Positions 36,612 through 45,989 of a DNA stretch of 46,780 bases are shown piece after piece (positions within the stretch are counted from its first letter, which is position 1; the number at the start of each line of letters is the position of its first letter). The notes under the pieces were generated by a model. The model was not told where the DNA came from. It did no database searches and was given only the letters and a program-made list of their open reading frames with translations. The translations under genes were made by a program, and so were the position numbers. Origin of the DNA: a virus (taxonomy: Duplodnaviria > Caudoviricetes); IMG/VR virus record IMGVR_UViG_3300050162_000282, positions 1-46,780 of that record, one strand, 5' to 3'.

Positions 36612-36989
36612 TTATTTAAGTCTTACTTCGTCTGCATCGATAAAATGAAAGCCAGCTGCAACTGTTAAATCCGCAGCAACTAATCCAGAGTTAACAGCTG
36701 ATAAAGCTGCCATTCTGAAAAATCCTTCAAAGAATCCAACTGCAAAAGCGTCAACGCCCGCTGTGATTTTCATTTCGTCTTGTAAAATACGAACAGCATC
36801 AAGTGCTAGAGTGTCAGTTCCATGAACAAACTTTCTCCATTTACCATTTGCTTTTTTAACTAGGATTGTTCCTTTTAATAGAGACGCATCCGCTGAAAAC
36901 TCAGATCCATCGATAACAACACTAGATGCAAGAGCGAATTTTTCAAAACGCGATGTAATGCTCATGTTTGTAATTGTTGGGTTTGCCAT
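36612..36989 (-). CDS. Head decoration protein
   Basis: LKGTIL..GKW; synteny. Confidence 0.7.
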   Translation of the reverse strand: MANPTITNMSITSRFEKFALASSVVIDGSEFSADASLLKGTILVKKANGKWRKFVHGTDTLALDAVRILQDEMKITAGVDAFAVGFFEGFFRMAALSAVNSGLVAADLTVAAGFHFIDADEVRLK

Positions 36990-38251
36990 TATTCTTCTCC
37001 TTCATCTTCGCTATCTTCTTCAGACAACTTGTGTTCTTCTTCTTTCTTTTTAATTTCTTCTTCTTCTTTATCTTCGCCTTCTGACATATCTTTGATAGCT
37101 CCAGACATTTCCTTGAATTTAGAAATACACTCTGCAAGCTTTGCATGATGTCCTTCCATTTCTTCAAGGCATGCTTTTAGATCTTCGGCCGACATTGAAT
37201 CATGATCTTTGTCTTCAACTTTTTCTTTGTCGTCTTCAGATCCTTCAGCTAATTTTTTCTTTGCTTCGTCTTCTTCTTCTTGTGAAAGCTTTATGCCTTT
37301 ACCTGATTTTTGAAGTTTGATGGCCTCTCTCATTGCTTCTGGACTCATATCAAGATTGATTTTCTTGTCTGCTTTTTGCCCGTAAGTTTGAGCATCTCCC
37401 ATTGGCTTTCTCGTTTCATACGCTGCTAAAACTGCAGTGATTGCAACTTCAGGCATTGCCGCAAGAGTTTTGAAATCCATAGCTTTAAGCTCAACTGGAT
37501 TCACTTTATCTTGGCGAACAAGAGCATTAAGCTTGCCCTTGATGTGGCCTGCTTTAATTGAAAGAGCGATTTCATTTGATTTTTTTTCAAGAGTAACTAG
37601 CTCGCCCTCTAGTTTCTCAATTTGAGAAATCATTTTGCTTAAGGCCGCCTTTCTCTTTTTGCGGCCATCGCTAATCACTCCCATCAAAGCAGTGTGCTTC
37701 TTTGATAGCGTGGCGATGTTTTTATTTTTTGCCATCTTAGATCCTCCTTTAGGATTCTGTTTCTTGTGTTCTAAAACTATTGAGCCTCGGGCCGCTTCAA
37801 CAGCGACAAACGAAACTTCAAAAAACTCATAAGTTTCTTCATCAAATGAAATTGATAATTGTGCATACTTGCCGGTTTCGACTTTCTTGATTGCATCTTC
37901 TTCATCGATGCGAAGGTTTCCAAAAAGACCAAACGTCATTTTTCCATCAATCTCTTTCCACTTCTCAACACTCATTCCATCAGCTAGTAATCGCCCTTGA
38001 ACAAGTTCAACATTTCGATCATGGTTTAAAAGAATTGGAGCGTAGTCGTGTTGGTTTGTAGGATTAGCTTTATCGGAAATGTATCTTTCCATAATGCCTT
38101 CGAGCATTTCTTTAGTAACAGTCACCTCGCCATACATTCCGCTAAACGTTCCAGTTCTACAAAGTAAGGCCTTCTTAATTAGACCTTTCTCTTTGCTTGC
38201 TAGAGATTTGCTTTTTGAAATAGAACCACTATCTAACTGTTGTTTTTTCAT
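36989..38251 (-). CDS. Capsid maturation protease/scaffold (Mu gpI-like)
   Basis: TGTF, PILLNH, YAQLS, EVSFV; acidic scaffold C-term. Confidence 0.8.
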   Translation of the reverse strand: MKKQQLDSGSISKSKSLASKEKGLIKKALLCRTGTFSGMYGEVTVTKEMLEGIMERYISDKANPTNQHDYAPILLNHDRNVELVQGRLLADGMSVEKWKEIDGKMTFGLFGNLRIDEEDAIKKVETGKYAQLSISFDEETYEFFEVSFVAVEAARGSIVLEHKKQNPKGGSKMAKNKNIATLSKKHTALMGVISDGRKKRKAALSKMISQIEKLEGELVTLEKKSNEIALSIKAGHIKGKLNALVRQDKVNPVELKAMDFKTLAAMPEVAITAVLAAYETRKPMGDAQTYGQKADKKINLDMSPEAMREAIKLQKSGKGIKLSQEEEDEAKKKLAEGSEDDKEKVEDKDHDSMSAEDLKACLEEMEGHHAKLAECISKFKEMSGAIKDMSEGEDKEEEEIKKKEEEHKLSEEDSEDEGEE

Positions 38252-38275
38252 TTAGTACTCCATACAGTTCATCGA

Positions 38276-39262
38276 CTATCCCCAAGCAATTGGAACCTCG
38301 GGGACTTTTCTTCGTCCTTTAAAAGTTTTGCCTGATTCATCGGAGTGAACACTTCCAAACTCTGAACCTAGGTTTTTTTCAATTTCTTCTTGATATTTTT
38401 TTATATAGCTAAAGAGTGGTGATAAAACCGATCTACAATTTGGATGAAATGGAGGTTTAAATTCCTTTTCATTAGCTCGATCCACTGGAATAACGTAGTG
38501 ATTGCGACACTCGCAAATCTTAGATATACGTCCATCTGTTATCGCGATAATTTGAACAAAATCAACGCTAGTGCTTGTTTGAAAATATTCAACTCGTGAG
38601 TCATTAAAATATTTAGTGGTTTCAGTTCTAAAAATTGTTTCAACTTGAGCATCTGTTTTGTGATACCAATTTTTCAGAATTTCTTTTTTGAAATCAATAT
38701 CGCTTTTGGTGTGTTCATTTTTATACAAATCATCTGCAAATCTTTTAAAAGTTTCTTCTAAGCTTTTTAAGTAACGTTTCTTTTCTTGCTTTGCAGTTCT
38801 AGTTAAGAACAATTTATTTTTTCTTCTTAAACGTTCTTCAATTCTATTAAATATACTGTCTCGTGATTTTTTCTCGGTGAGATTTGTAAATGTTTGTTCA
38901 ACTGGGTACCAATAAGGATACTGCTCCCAAGTTGATAATTTTTTTTCAGGTGTTACTTCACGATAGCCATCACTAACACCGGCATAGATTGTTGCTTGCA
39001 TGTGACGATACAATACGGAGTAAATATCTTTTTCGATGTCTGAATTAGGCAAAGAAACTCTTCTATCCCCATCTCTAAATGCTTTGTCTAATTTTGGTAA
39101 GAGCCGATTCGTTTCACTTGAATATACTCGCATCAACTCAAGTCGATACTTATTCGTTATTCGATCAAGCGTCGACCTCTTCCAAGCATTATAGGCCTTG
39201 AGGTTATTCATCCTCTTTTTTAACCTTGTTCGAGGCATCACTATCAACTTCTTGGTTTTCAC
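38276..39262 (-). CDS. MuF-family minor head protein
   Basis: IFRTET, D.R...IC, PPFHPNCRS. Confidence 0.9.
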   Translation of the reverse strand: MKTKKLIVMPRTRLKKRMNNLKAYNAWKRSTLDRITNKYRLELMRVYSSETNRLLPKLDKAFRDGDRRVSLPNSDIEKDIYSVLYRHMQATIYAGVSDGYREVTPEKKLSTWEQYPYWYPVEQTFTNLTEKKSRDSIFNRIEERLRRKNKLFLTRTAKQEKKRYLKSLEETFKRFADDLYKNEHTKSDIDFKKEILKNWYHKTDAQVETIFRTETTKYFNDSRVEYFQTSTSVDFVQIIAITDGRISKICECRNHYVIPVDRANEKEFKPPFHPNCRSVLSPLFSYIKKYQEEIEKNLGSEFGSVHSDESGKTFKGRRKVPEVPIAWG

Positions 39263-40745
39263 CTGTATCGTTCACGAAATCAGGCATTGGCTCGGAGTAA
39301 AACGACTCTTCTTGTTCAGGAAGATGCAGAGTCGATCGAACATAGTCGCCGTCTTTTTTATCGTAAGCTTTCATGTATCCTGAATTTGCAAGAGTACTAA
39401 ACATGTTTGCGAGTCGCTCACGTTCGTCAATGCTTTGAGGTCGTTGTGCAAAATGACCGTAATCATCTTGTTCGCCAAAATTCATTTCAATCGCTGGACG
39501 AATAAGAGACTTGATAATTGTTTCAGTAAACTTCTGTGCTTCTTCCGACGCAATGAAATCTACAATTTCAAAATGCTTATCTCCGAGTGCTCTTGATCCG
39601 GCCGAGCCATCTGTCATTACTAATGATGGAAGTAAAAATGCTCGGAAGATTTGAGTGTCGAGCCAGTTTAAAACTGTTAGATATTGATTGAGATCCATTT
39701 GCGATGTAATCGCTGTTAACTTGTAGCCTTGATTTTCAGGGCCTGTAACAACTGAATCATCGCCTTCTCTGTTGGCCAGAATGCTAGTCAATGCTTCGAT
39801 TGGATTGATCAGCTTCTTTGATCCATCGGGCATTTTTATTTCAACGTTATTTGAATTTTGTGGAGCTGTTGCCCAGACAAAAGGAGAAGCTTGTCTCTTA
39901 CCAGCAATCCCCATTTGCTTCATGAAAAATACTTTTAACTGCCATGCAAGATGTGCAGTCCTAACCGGAGTTTTTCCGTAAGGAGATCCAAAACTCAACA
40001 TTGAGTTGTATATATGATGAATACATTTATCTTTTGGAATTCTTGTTAGACCATAGTTATTGATGAAGGGTATGCGATAAGGAAGCAATCTATCATTAGG
40101 GGTTGTAAATGGATTCTTTACCGCATACCCGTGTTGGAAATAAGGAAAGTACTGATTCGGGTTCGACATTTGCGAATTTTGTATGACAAATTGTATTACG
40201 CCGTTTTCAGTTATATTCCCAAAAGCATCTACTTCAAATGCGATTGTTGATGGATGATATGTTGGAACTTTGACTGGAACTTTTTTATTGTCTTTGCTAA
40301 TTCCCCAAACAATTTCAGAGATAGAAAAACCGTAAGCAGAGTATGATGTTTGTCCTTCGAGCGACTCTCTCCAAGTAGGGCCTTCCATTCGCTTCAAAAA
40401 TGATCTAACAAAGTCTGCGATCTCTTCATTTTCGTGTTGATATTCACCAACCTTTGAAAGCATCATGAGTGACTTGAATTGCACGGCACTCATAACAGTT
40501 GCATCAGTCTCAATCATTCTTGCAAGGATACCGATGCCAACGTTTGACGGATTTGTAATGAACGTTTCAGATGAACCAAAATATCGTGGCGTTGATGTTC
40601 CGACCTGTGTACTGTCTTCAACACTGCTAGCACCCGAGTTGTTCAATCCTCCGAGCATATCCTTCATGTAACGATCTTCGTTTTGAAGCTCAGTAATTCT
40701 GTTTTGCAATTCCTGTTCTAGTTGTGGCGAAATTGAATAATTCAT
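39204..40745 (-). CDS. Portal protein (DUF935/Mu gp29-like)
   Basis: YGFSISEIVW, SPYG, GSRALGDKH, LIRP....NFG. Confidence 0.9.
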   Translation of the reverse strand: MNYSISPQLEQELQNRITELQNEDRYMKDMLGGLNNSGASSVEDSTQVGTSTPRYFGSSETFITNPSNVGIGILARMIETDATVMSAVQFKSLMMLSKVGEYQHENEEIADFVRSFLKRMEGPTWRESLEGQTSYSAYGFSISEIVWGISKDNKKVPVKVPTYHPSTIAFEVDAFGNITENGVIQFVIQNSQMSNPNQYFPYFQHGYAVKNPFTTPNDRLLPYRIPFINNYGLTRIPKDKCIHHIYNSMLSFGSPYGKTPVRTAHLAWQLKVFFMKQMGIAGKRQASPFVWATAPQNSNNVEIKMPDGSKKLINPIEALTSILANREGDDSVVTGPENQGYKLTAITSQMDLNQYLTVLNWLDTQIFRAFLLPSLVMTDGSAGSRALGDKHFEIVDFIASEEAQKFTETIIKSLIRPAIEMNFGEQDDYGHFAQRPQSIDERERLANMFSTLANSGYMKAYDKKDGDYVRSTLHLPEQEESFYSEPMPDFVNDTGENQEVDSDASNKVKKEDE

Positions 40746-40751
40746 AGTCCC

Positions 40752-42227
40752 CTAATAATCTGATTCCACCGAAAGAATCTGATGAATATAAGCTTCCGGT
40801 TTGTTTCTATTGATGTAAGTTAGGGCCTTAACCATATCGATGTGCTTATCTGCTTTTGGCTTTGATAAGGTCATCTTTCCTTGTGAAGAGGAATATTTTG
40901 TCCAGGAAACTTGCCTTTTGAATTCTGCATAGTCTGGACTTGCATCATCTCTAAACATCTTCACTGCAGAGTAATTAAGCCTTGCTAGTAGATCGAAACA
41001 ATCTTCTGAAATGGTAGAAGAGCTTGCGATATATTTATTGACGATGAATGTTCCAAAATCTTGTTCTAATGACTCTGCAATTTGTCGACCGATACCAACT
41101 CCATCGACGGTAACTTTCGAAACTCTCCAATCGAGAATTAGTCTTTTTATTTGTTCTTGTTGTTGAGGAAGTGGGACGCCTGTCCACCAATACATATTTG
41201 AAATTTTAACTACTGGATAAATATTATTTTGGCAGATGATTCTTGTGACTTCATATATCCATATAACAGTTGAGTCAGTGTGAGTTTCTCCCTCGCCGAT
41301 AAATTCTTTGTCGGGATTAAAATCTTCATTACCTCCGGCCAAGTCGATTAACATTTCATACTGGACATTCGGTCTTGGAAATAATTCTCTTTCGTGCGAG
41401 CTATCAAAAAGATTGTGAGCTTGCTTGGCATTGATAAACGTGCCTTCGTTTGCAACTGGAATTAACCTGTATTGAGTCTTTATGATTGGATGATCCCATC
41501 CCAATGCTTGAACACGTCCTTCAACGTGCGATCGATAAATCGGATTTACTTCGGCCCACAAATCACAAGGATAATATAGGTTGAGATGTTTATTTCCGCT
41601 CTCTGCATTTGATTGTCGATACCATTCAATCGTATCAAGCCCATCGGCCGCAACTCCCCAAAGAAGAGTGCCAGCATTGGTTGATGCCGTGAACGGCATA
41701 AAGTCTTCATCAAACTTTGCCTTATCTATTTTGTGGGCCTCATCCATGTCGAGGCAATAAGATGCAGTTGCACCAACAACATTTGAATGCGGGCCTGAAG
41801 ACATAAATTCAACAGTCGCGTTTCCAACTTGCCAGATATATCCTTCAGACTTTTTTATTTTTTGCTCTTGAAATAGTGGATGATGAATCACGTTCTTGAT
41901 GTCAATTTTCATTAACTCTTCAAGTCGTTTTTTTGAGTTAACGATTTGAGGCTCGTGTGTCGGAGCTGTTCGAATCCAGCTTTTTTTAAGTTCGCTATAT
42001 TGGTTTCGAAACAAATGCCTTCTTTGAAGCACGGCCGAAGTTTCATTCTTTCCAGTTTGACGTGCAGACACAATGGGCATTACTCCACCGTTGCCAGAGT
42101 GTAAGAAAGCTTCAACTCGACTAACTATTTCTGCCTGGATCTTTCGAAGCGGACGAAGTGAAATATGAACTGACTCCCACATGGGATCAATCAAACACCG
42201 TTTGAAAACATCTTTTTCGGTGATCAC
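40752..42227 (-). CDS. terL: Terminase large subunit
   Basis: ARQTGKNE Walker A, DEAH Walker B, IDLAG, DGVGIG, HIDMV. Confidence 0.92.
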   Translation of the reverse strand: MITEKDVFKRCLIDPMWESVHISLRPLRKIQAEIVSRVEAFLHSGNGGVMPIVSARQTGKNETSAVLQRRHLFRNQYSELKKSWIRTAPTHEPQIVNSKKRLEELMKIDIKNVIHHPLFQEQKIKKSEGYIWQVGNATVEFMSSGPHSNVVGATASYCLDMDEAHKIDKAKFDEDFMPFTASTNAGTLLWGVAADGLDTIEWYRQSNAESGNKHLNLYYPCDLWAEVNPIYRSHVEGRVQALGWDHPIIKTQYRLIPVANEGTFINAKQAHNLFDSSHERELFPRPNVQYEMLIDLAGGNEDFNPDKEFIGEGETHTDSTVIWIYEVTRIICQNNIYPVVKISNMYWWTGVPLPQQQEQIKRLILDWRVSKVTVDGVGIGRQIAESLEQDFGTFIVNKYIASSSTISEDCFDLLARLNYSAVKMFRDDASPDYAEFKRQVSWTKYSSSQGKMTLSKPKADKHIDMVKALTYINRNKPEAYIHQILSVESDY

Positions 42228-42757
42228 TTCTCCCTCGCTTCGCGCTCAAGTTCTTCCATTGCTTTTAGAAGTGCATTCTTAGAAGTGATTGCTGTTTGAT
42301 CTTCTCGCTTATCGTAACCAAGAAGCTTAACAAGGGAGTCGAGAGCTTTTACTTTTTCTTTTGCGAGGGTTTTAACTACAACCTTTTCGCAATCCTTTCC
42401 CAAAGTAATTTTTTCAATTGAATCAAGAAACTTCATTCCATCAGGAGTTATTTCATCTTTTGGAATTGCGAACATGTTTTCGCCGTCCCAATTAGCGACC
42501 ATGCCGATATTTCCAAATGCAATTGCAGCATATTCACGAACAATTTTCTCAAGTGTTACATCAAGCTTTTCCTCGACTTCCTTCTCTTGCTTCTGAATTA
42601 GCTCCCAAATGCTAGCTTTTGCCAGTAACTTAGCAGAATCTACATTTGGGTTTTTGCACTTTGGATACACCCTTCGATACGCTTCAGATGCGTTTCTATT
42701 GCAGATGAAATACTGCTTAACAAACTCACGATGTCTTGGGTTTATTTTTTTAGACAT
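42224..42757 (-). CDS. terS: Terminase small subunit
   Basis: FVKQY..NASEAY..AKLL; KVKALDSL. Confidence 0.88.
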   Translation of the reverse strand: MSKKINPRHREFVKQYFICNRNASEAYRRVYPKCKNPNVDSAKLLAKASIWELIQKQEKEVEEKLDVTLEKIVREYAAIAFGNIGMVANWDGENMFAIPKDEITPDGMKFLDSIEKITLGKDCEKVVVKTLAKEKVKALDSLVKLLGYDKREDQTAITSKNALLKAMEELEREAREK

Positions 42758-42936
42758 GATTCTTTTTTGATCGAATTATTTTGTTTTAAGACAAGCTTAA
42801 CCTGATCAAGAAGACGCATCTTCCCGAGTTCATATCTCATCATGAACGGAGAAGTTTGAAAGCTTCTTGCAAGTGAAGCAATTGAAGAATGATTATTGAT
42901 TTCTTTTAATATTTGATCTCGTTCGAATTTCACCAA
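42742..42936 (-). CDS. Small HTH-like protein heading the late operon
   Basis: SIASLARSFQTS; GGAGG RBS. Confidence 0.5.
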   Translation of the reverse strand: MVKFERDQILKEINNHSSIASLARSFQTSPFMMRYELGKMRLLDQVKLVLKQNNSIKKESCLKK

Positions 42937-42982
42937 AACCTCCTTGGGTTTCGGTTATTAATCGAAGAGTGCTGGGAAAACG

Positions 42983-43003
42983 TAACTTAGACTAAGTTAG
43001 TCT
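42983..43003. promoter_or_regulatory. Overlapping palindromes upstream of late operon
   Basis: TAACTTAG-A-CTAAGTTA and AGACTAA-G-TTAGTCT. Confidence 0.45.
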
Positions 43004-43018
43004 TTTAAAATTTGGAAA

Positions 43019-43666
43019 CTATTCACTTTCTCCATTTCTGTGCTTTTTGTTTTGTTCTTTAAGCTTTTCTATCAAGTTCACTAATTCCGACTCAATTTGC
43101 CATGTTTCAAGGGGATTCCTGTTATCATTTACCAAATCTTTTATTTTAAAACTCTGATCAATATCGCTTTTGTATTGATCCAATTTTTCTTTCAATTCAC
43201 GCTTTATATCATTAAGGGTTACTTTGCGTATGTCGTTATTTGAAAATAGCTCAAGTTTTTTATAAACATTATCAATTGCTCTATAATGCTTTTTATCAAT
43301 ATCAACCTTTAAAAAAAAGATGTCTTTCTTAGTTATGTTTAAAATTTTAGTCAAAGTCTCTTTAATGTTTTTATTCATCACGTCTCTTTTATGAGATCGT
43401 TGATCTATTTTATCTTTAAAGTACGCATAAAACTCGATAAAATATGGCATTAAAAAACTAAAAAAAATTCCAGAAAGAAAAGGGTATCCAACGGTTTTCC
43501 CGAATGACTTATGTGCTAAAAAGTAAGCAACCTTTTGATCTGCAGAATTATTACCAAGTAAATAAATAGAAAATCTCCAATTATAAATTGGCCAAGACAT
43601 CAAAAAAGGCCCTATTACGGGTAAATTAAATCTTTCAAAAACTGGATTACTCATAAAACTCTTCAA
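43019..43666 (-). CDS. AT-rich membrane protein (moron-like)
   Basis: Two TM segments (P..G.F..SW..YNW) plus coiled coil. Confidence 0.6.
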   Translation of the reverse strand: MKSFMSNPVFERFNLPVIGPFLMSWPIYNWRFSIYLLGNNSADQKVAYFLAHKSFGKTVGYPFLSGIFFSFLMPYFIEFYAYFKDKIDQRSHKRDVMNKNIKETLTKILNITKKDIFFLKVDIDKKHYRAIDNVYKKLELFSNNDIRKVTLNDIKRELKEKLDQYKSDIDQSFKIKDLVNDNRNPLETWQIESELVNLIEKLKEQNKKHRNGESE

Positions 43667-43778
43667 TTGATTAAATAATTTTTACAACTATGACCTATCA
43701 ATTGAAACACAAAATGTATATTGGATAGACTTTTTTACATAGTTGCACTTAAGAGGACATGGGGATTTTAAATAAACT

Positions 43779-44099
43779 TCACTCATCGCCATTCTCCTCA
43801 AGCCATTCTTTCGCCTGCTTTACGAGCTCATCTTTAAAAACCCAGGGGATGATTACTTTTGCAAACTCCCTCGCCTCTACGATTGCTTTCTTTTGTTTCT
43901 CAATTATTTTCTCTTTTGCTTCTATCTTGTCCGCTTCCTTTTTCAGCTTTCCAGAATTAAAAACTTCGATTTTTACGCCTTTAATTTCATCACCATTTAT
44001 AAATAAATTTCCATTCTGAATCTCTTTCCTCTGTCTTTCAACTTCCAACTCTAAATCAACCCCATGGGGCGAATAGTGGTTATGATTATTGCTTTCCAT
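43779..44099 (-). CDS. Hypothetical early protein
   Basis: Start at shared RBS repeat. Confidence 0.55.
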   Translation of the reverse strand: MESNNHNHYSPHGVDLELEVERQRKEIQNGNLFINGDEIKGVKIEVFNSGKLKKEADKIEAKEKIIEKQKKAIVEAREFAKVIIPWVFKDELVKQAKEWLEENGDE

Positions 44100-44310
44100 T
44101 TTTAATTCCTTCACTTGTCTCATGTTTCAAAAGATCATACGCTTCTAAATATTCATACGCTAAAGTTTGACTATCTTCCGAGTTATAAACTAAATGGTTG
44201 ATAACTTTATTTGCCTTATCAAGTTGTTCCTTTACCTTTGTTAATTCACTTTTATTATAACCATAGGTACATTCTCTATTCATGGTGTCTGTTAAAGAGT
44301 TACTGTACAT
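44086..44310 (-). CDS. Hypothetical early protein
   Basis: ORF with AGGA RBS. Confidence 0.55.
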   Translation of the reverse strand: MYSNSLTDTMNRECTYGYNKSELTKVKEQLDKANKVINHLVYNSEDSQTLAYEYLEAYDLLKHETSEGIKNGKQ

Positions 44311-44410
44311 TTATTAAATCCTTTGTATAATTTAAATACCTCTAATGAATTGATAATATCATTTTTTAGAGAAATGTTTTCTAACTTGGGCGTAGTTGAA
44401 ACGATATACA

Positions 44411-44680
44411 CTACGCTTTTTTATTATTTATCATAACAAGCACTCCTTCAACATCAGCACATCTTCTACATACCCACATTTCATATCTTTTAATTTTATC
44501 CTCGGTCTCTTCTTTAAAGAAAGAATGGTGAACTTGTCTTTTATGTCCAAAGATTTTGCATAAAAAGTTATTTCTTCCTTTGTGTATGGTTTTAACTTCA
44601 TCGTGGGAAAAAACTTCAAGTGAATTATTTAAATCTCTTTTATCTTTTCTGTTTTGTAATTTTTGTTCTAGTGTTTCCAT
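44411..44680 (-). CDS. DUF1660-like zinc-binding protein
   Basis: LCKIFGHK...CRRC. Confidence 0.6.
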   Translation of the reverse strand: METLEQKLQNRKDKRDLNNSLEVFSHDEVKTIHKGRNNFLCKIFGHKRQVHHSFFKEETEDKIKRYEMWVCRRCADVEGVLVMINNKKA

Positions 44681-44690
44681 TTTTAATTCC

Positions 44691-44876
44691 TTAAATATCA
44701 TTCGATGATTTTATATTTATAAAACAATTATGGCACTCGCCATCAAAACAATGGTCTACCTTTTCAGTTTTCTCTATGTTGTACCAACCATGTTCATCGT
44801 AATCGATTATGACTTCAAGATTTCCATGCTTTTCTTCTAGTTTTTGTAGCTTTTTAATTAATTCTTTTATTTCCAT
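44691..44876 (-). CDS. Hypothetical protein
   Basis: M..KELIKKL..HGNLEV common small-phage-gene pattern. Confidence 0.6.
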   Translation of the reverse strand: MEIKELIKKLQKLEEKHGNLEVIIDYDEHGWYNIEKTEKVDHCFDGECHNCFINIKSSNDI

Positions 44877-44957
44877 TTTTAATTCCTTATAATTTAATTA
44901 TCAGATTCAGGTTTTCTTCAAGATTGCCGTCAATTACCGCTCAGAAATGGGCGGTGT

Positions 44958-45155
44958 TTATTCTTTTAAAATTATAAACTGCTCCAATAGCTTTACAGTT
45001 TTTTTCCCAATTTTAGATTTATCAAGTCCATTAAATTCATCCCCAATAATTATTGAGTGACCATTTGGGAAATTAATAGACAAGGTTTCGTTATCTATTT
45101 CTCTAATATCGATCACTAAATCAGATTTTTTATCAACCAGAAAGAATCCTTTCAT
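44958..45155 (-). CDS. Hypothetical protein
   Basis: Start at RBS repeat; followed by hairpin 44936-44955. Confidence 0.5.
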   Translation of the reverse strand: MKGFFLVDKKSDLVIDIREIDNETLSINFPNGHSIIIGDEFNGLDKSKIGKKTVKLLEQFIILKE

Positions 45156-45181
45156 TTTTAATTCCTCCACTCGTGCGGTGG

Positions 45182-45307
45182 TTATTCTTCAATCTCTTCA
45201 CCGATTCCAGCTAACAACTCACCGCAATCACAGTACTGATTTTCTTCGTAGTCCATTGGTATAGAGTACTCTCTCCCACATTCACCACAGGTTATATGTA
45301 ACATCAT
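45182..45307 (-). CDS. 41-aa zinc-ribbon peptide (not in ORF track)
   Basis: MMLHITCGECGREYSIPMDYEENQYCDCGELLAGIGEEIEE. Confidence 0.55.
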   Translation of the reverse strand: MMLHITCGECGREYSIPMDYEENQYCDCGELLAGIGEEIEE

Positions 45308-45337
45308 CACTGCCTTTAGCTTCTTCTCACTCATCTC

Positions 45338-45589
45338 TCACCCCTGAATATAGTTAAAATTCTCACCATTAATTTGATTTACACATATTTCGTTTTTGGG
45401 AATTAGGTCACTGGTTAATTTACTCTCATAAGTTGTTTTTAAAAAATTAAACATGTTAAAAGTAATTGGAAGTTTTTTCCTTATGTTATTAAATATAAAA
45501 GTATCCCATCTCCAAAAAGCTATCTTAAATAATTCAAACAAATCATCTTCTAATTGCAGGAGTTCTTCATTTGTCATTCTATACCTCAC
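45338..45589 (-). CDS. Hypothetical protein
   Basis: Operonic ORF. Confidence 0.45.
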   Translation of the reverse strand: MRYRMTNEELLQLEDDLFELFKIAFWRWDTFIFNNIRKKLPITFNMFNFLKTTYESKLTSDLIPKNEICVNQINGENFNYIQG

Positions 45590-45989
45590 CCTTTTTATAT
45601 TTATGAGTGTAAACTGGTTCTAGTTTTACCCAATGAAAGTCTTCTGGGTAGGTTGAGGCATACTTAAAAAAATCCTCAGTTGATTTATATAAAGCGGACG
45701 AATAATTAGGCCTGTCACTTGTTTTTTTATGCGAATAAACCCTATGCCAAGTAACCTCTTCATACTCTTCTGGGCGGTTGACTAGTTTAATACTTGGGTG
45801 GGTGTGTTCTTCTTGATACTTTCCATATACTGTAAAGCCAATTGGGCGATCATCTTTCTCAATATATAGGCAATATTTCCATGAAATTCTTTGTTTTATT
45901 TCAAAAACCTCATCCCCATAAAACGCACACGTAACCAAATCACCTTTTTTGAATTTAAAATTATTTTCATTATTGTTTTCCATTCTCAT
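45579..45989 (-). CDS. Hypothetical protein (SH3-like N-term)
   Basis: FKKGDLV motif. Confidence 0.55.
   Translation of the reverse strand: MRMENNNENNFKFKKGDLVTCAFYGDEVFEIKQRISWKYCLYIEKDDRPIGFTVYGKYQEEHTHPSIKLVNRPEEYEEVTWHRVYSHKKTSDRPNYSSALYKSTEDFFKYASTYPEDFHWVKLEPVYTHKYKKGEV

Larger units (their letters stand above)
44093..45166 (-). repeat. Dispersed 19-nt RBS/start repeat AAGGAATTAAAAATGGAAA
   Basis: Exact at 44093-44111, 44674-44692, 44870-44888; partial at 45153-45166. Confidence 0.8.

Noticed and set aside
23845-40745. Mu-like transposable phage or tailocin
   Set aside because: Structural genes are Mu-like but there is no MuA/MuB transposase; a tyrosine integrase, terminase and capsid are present
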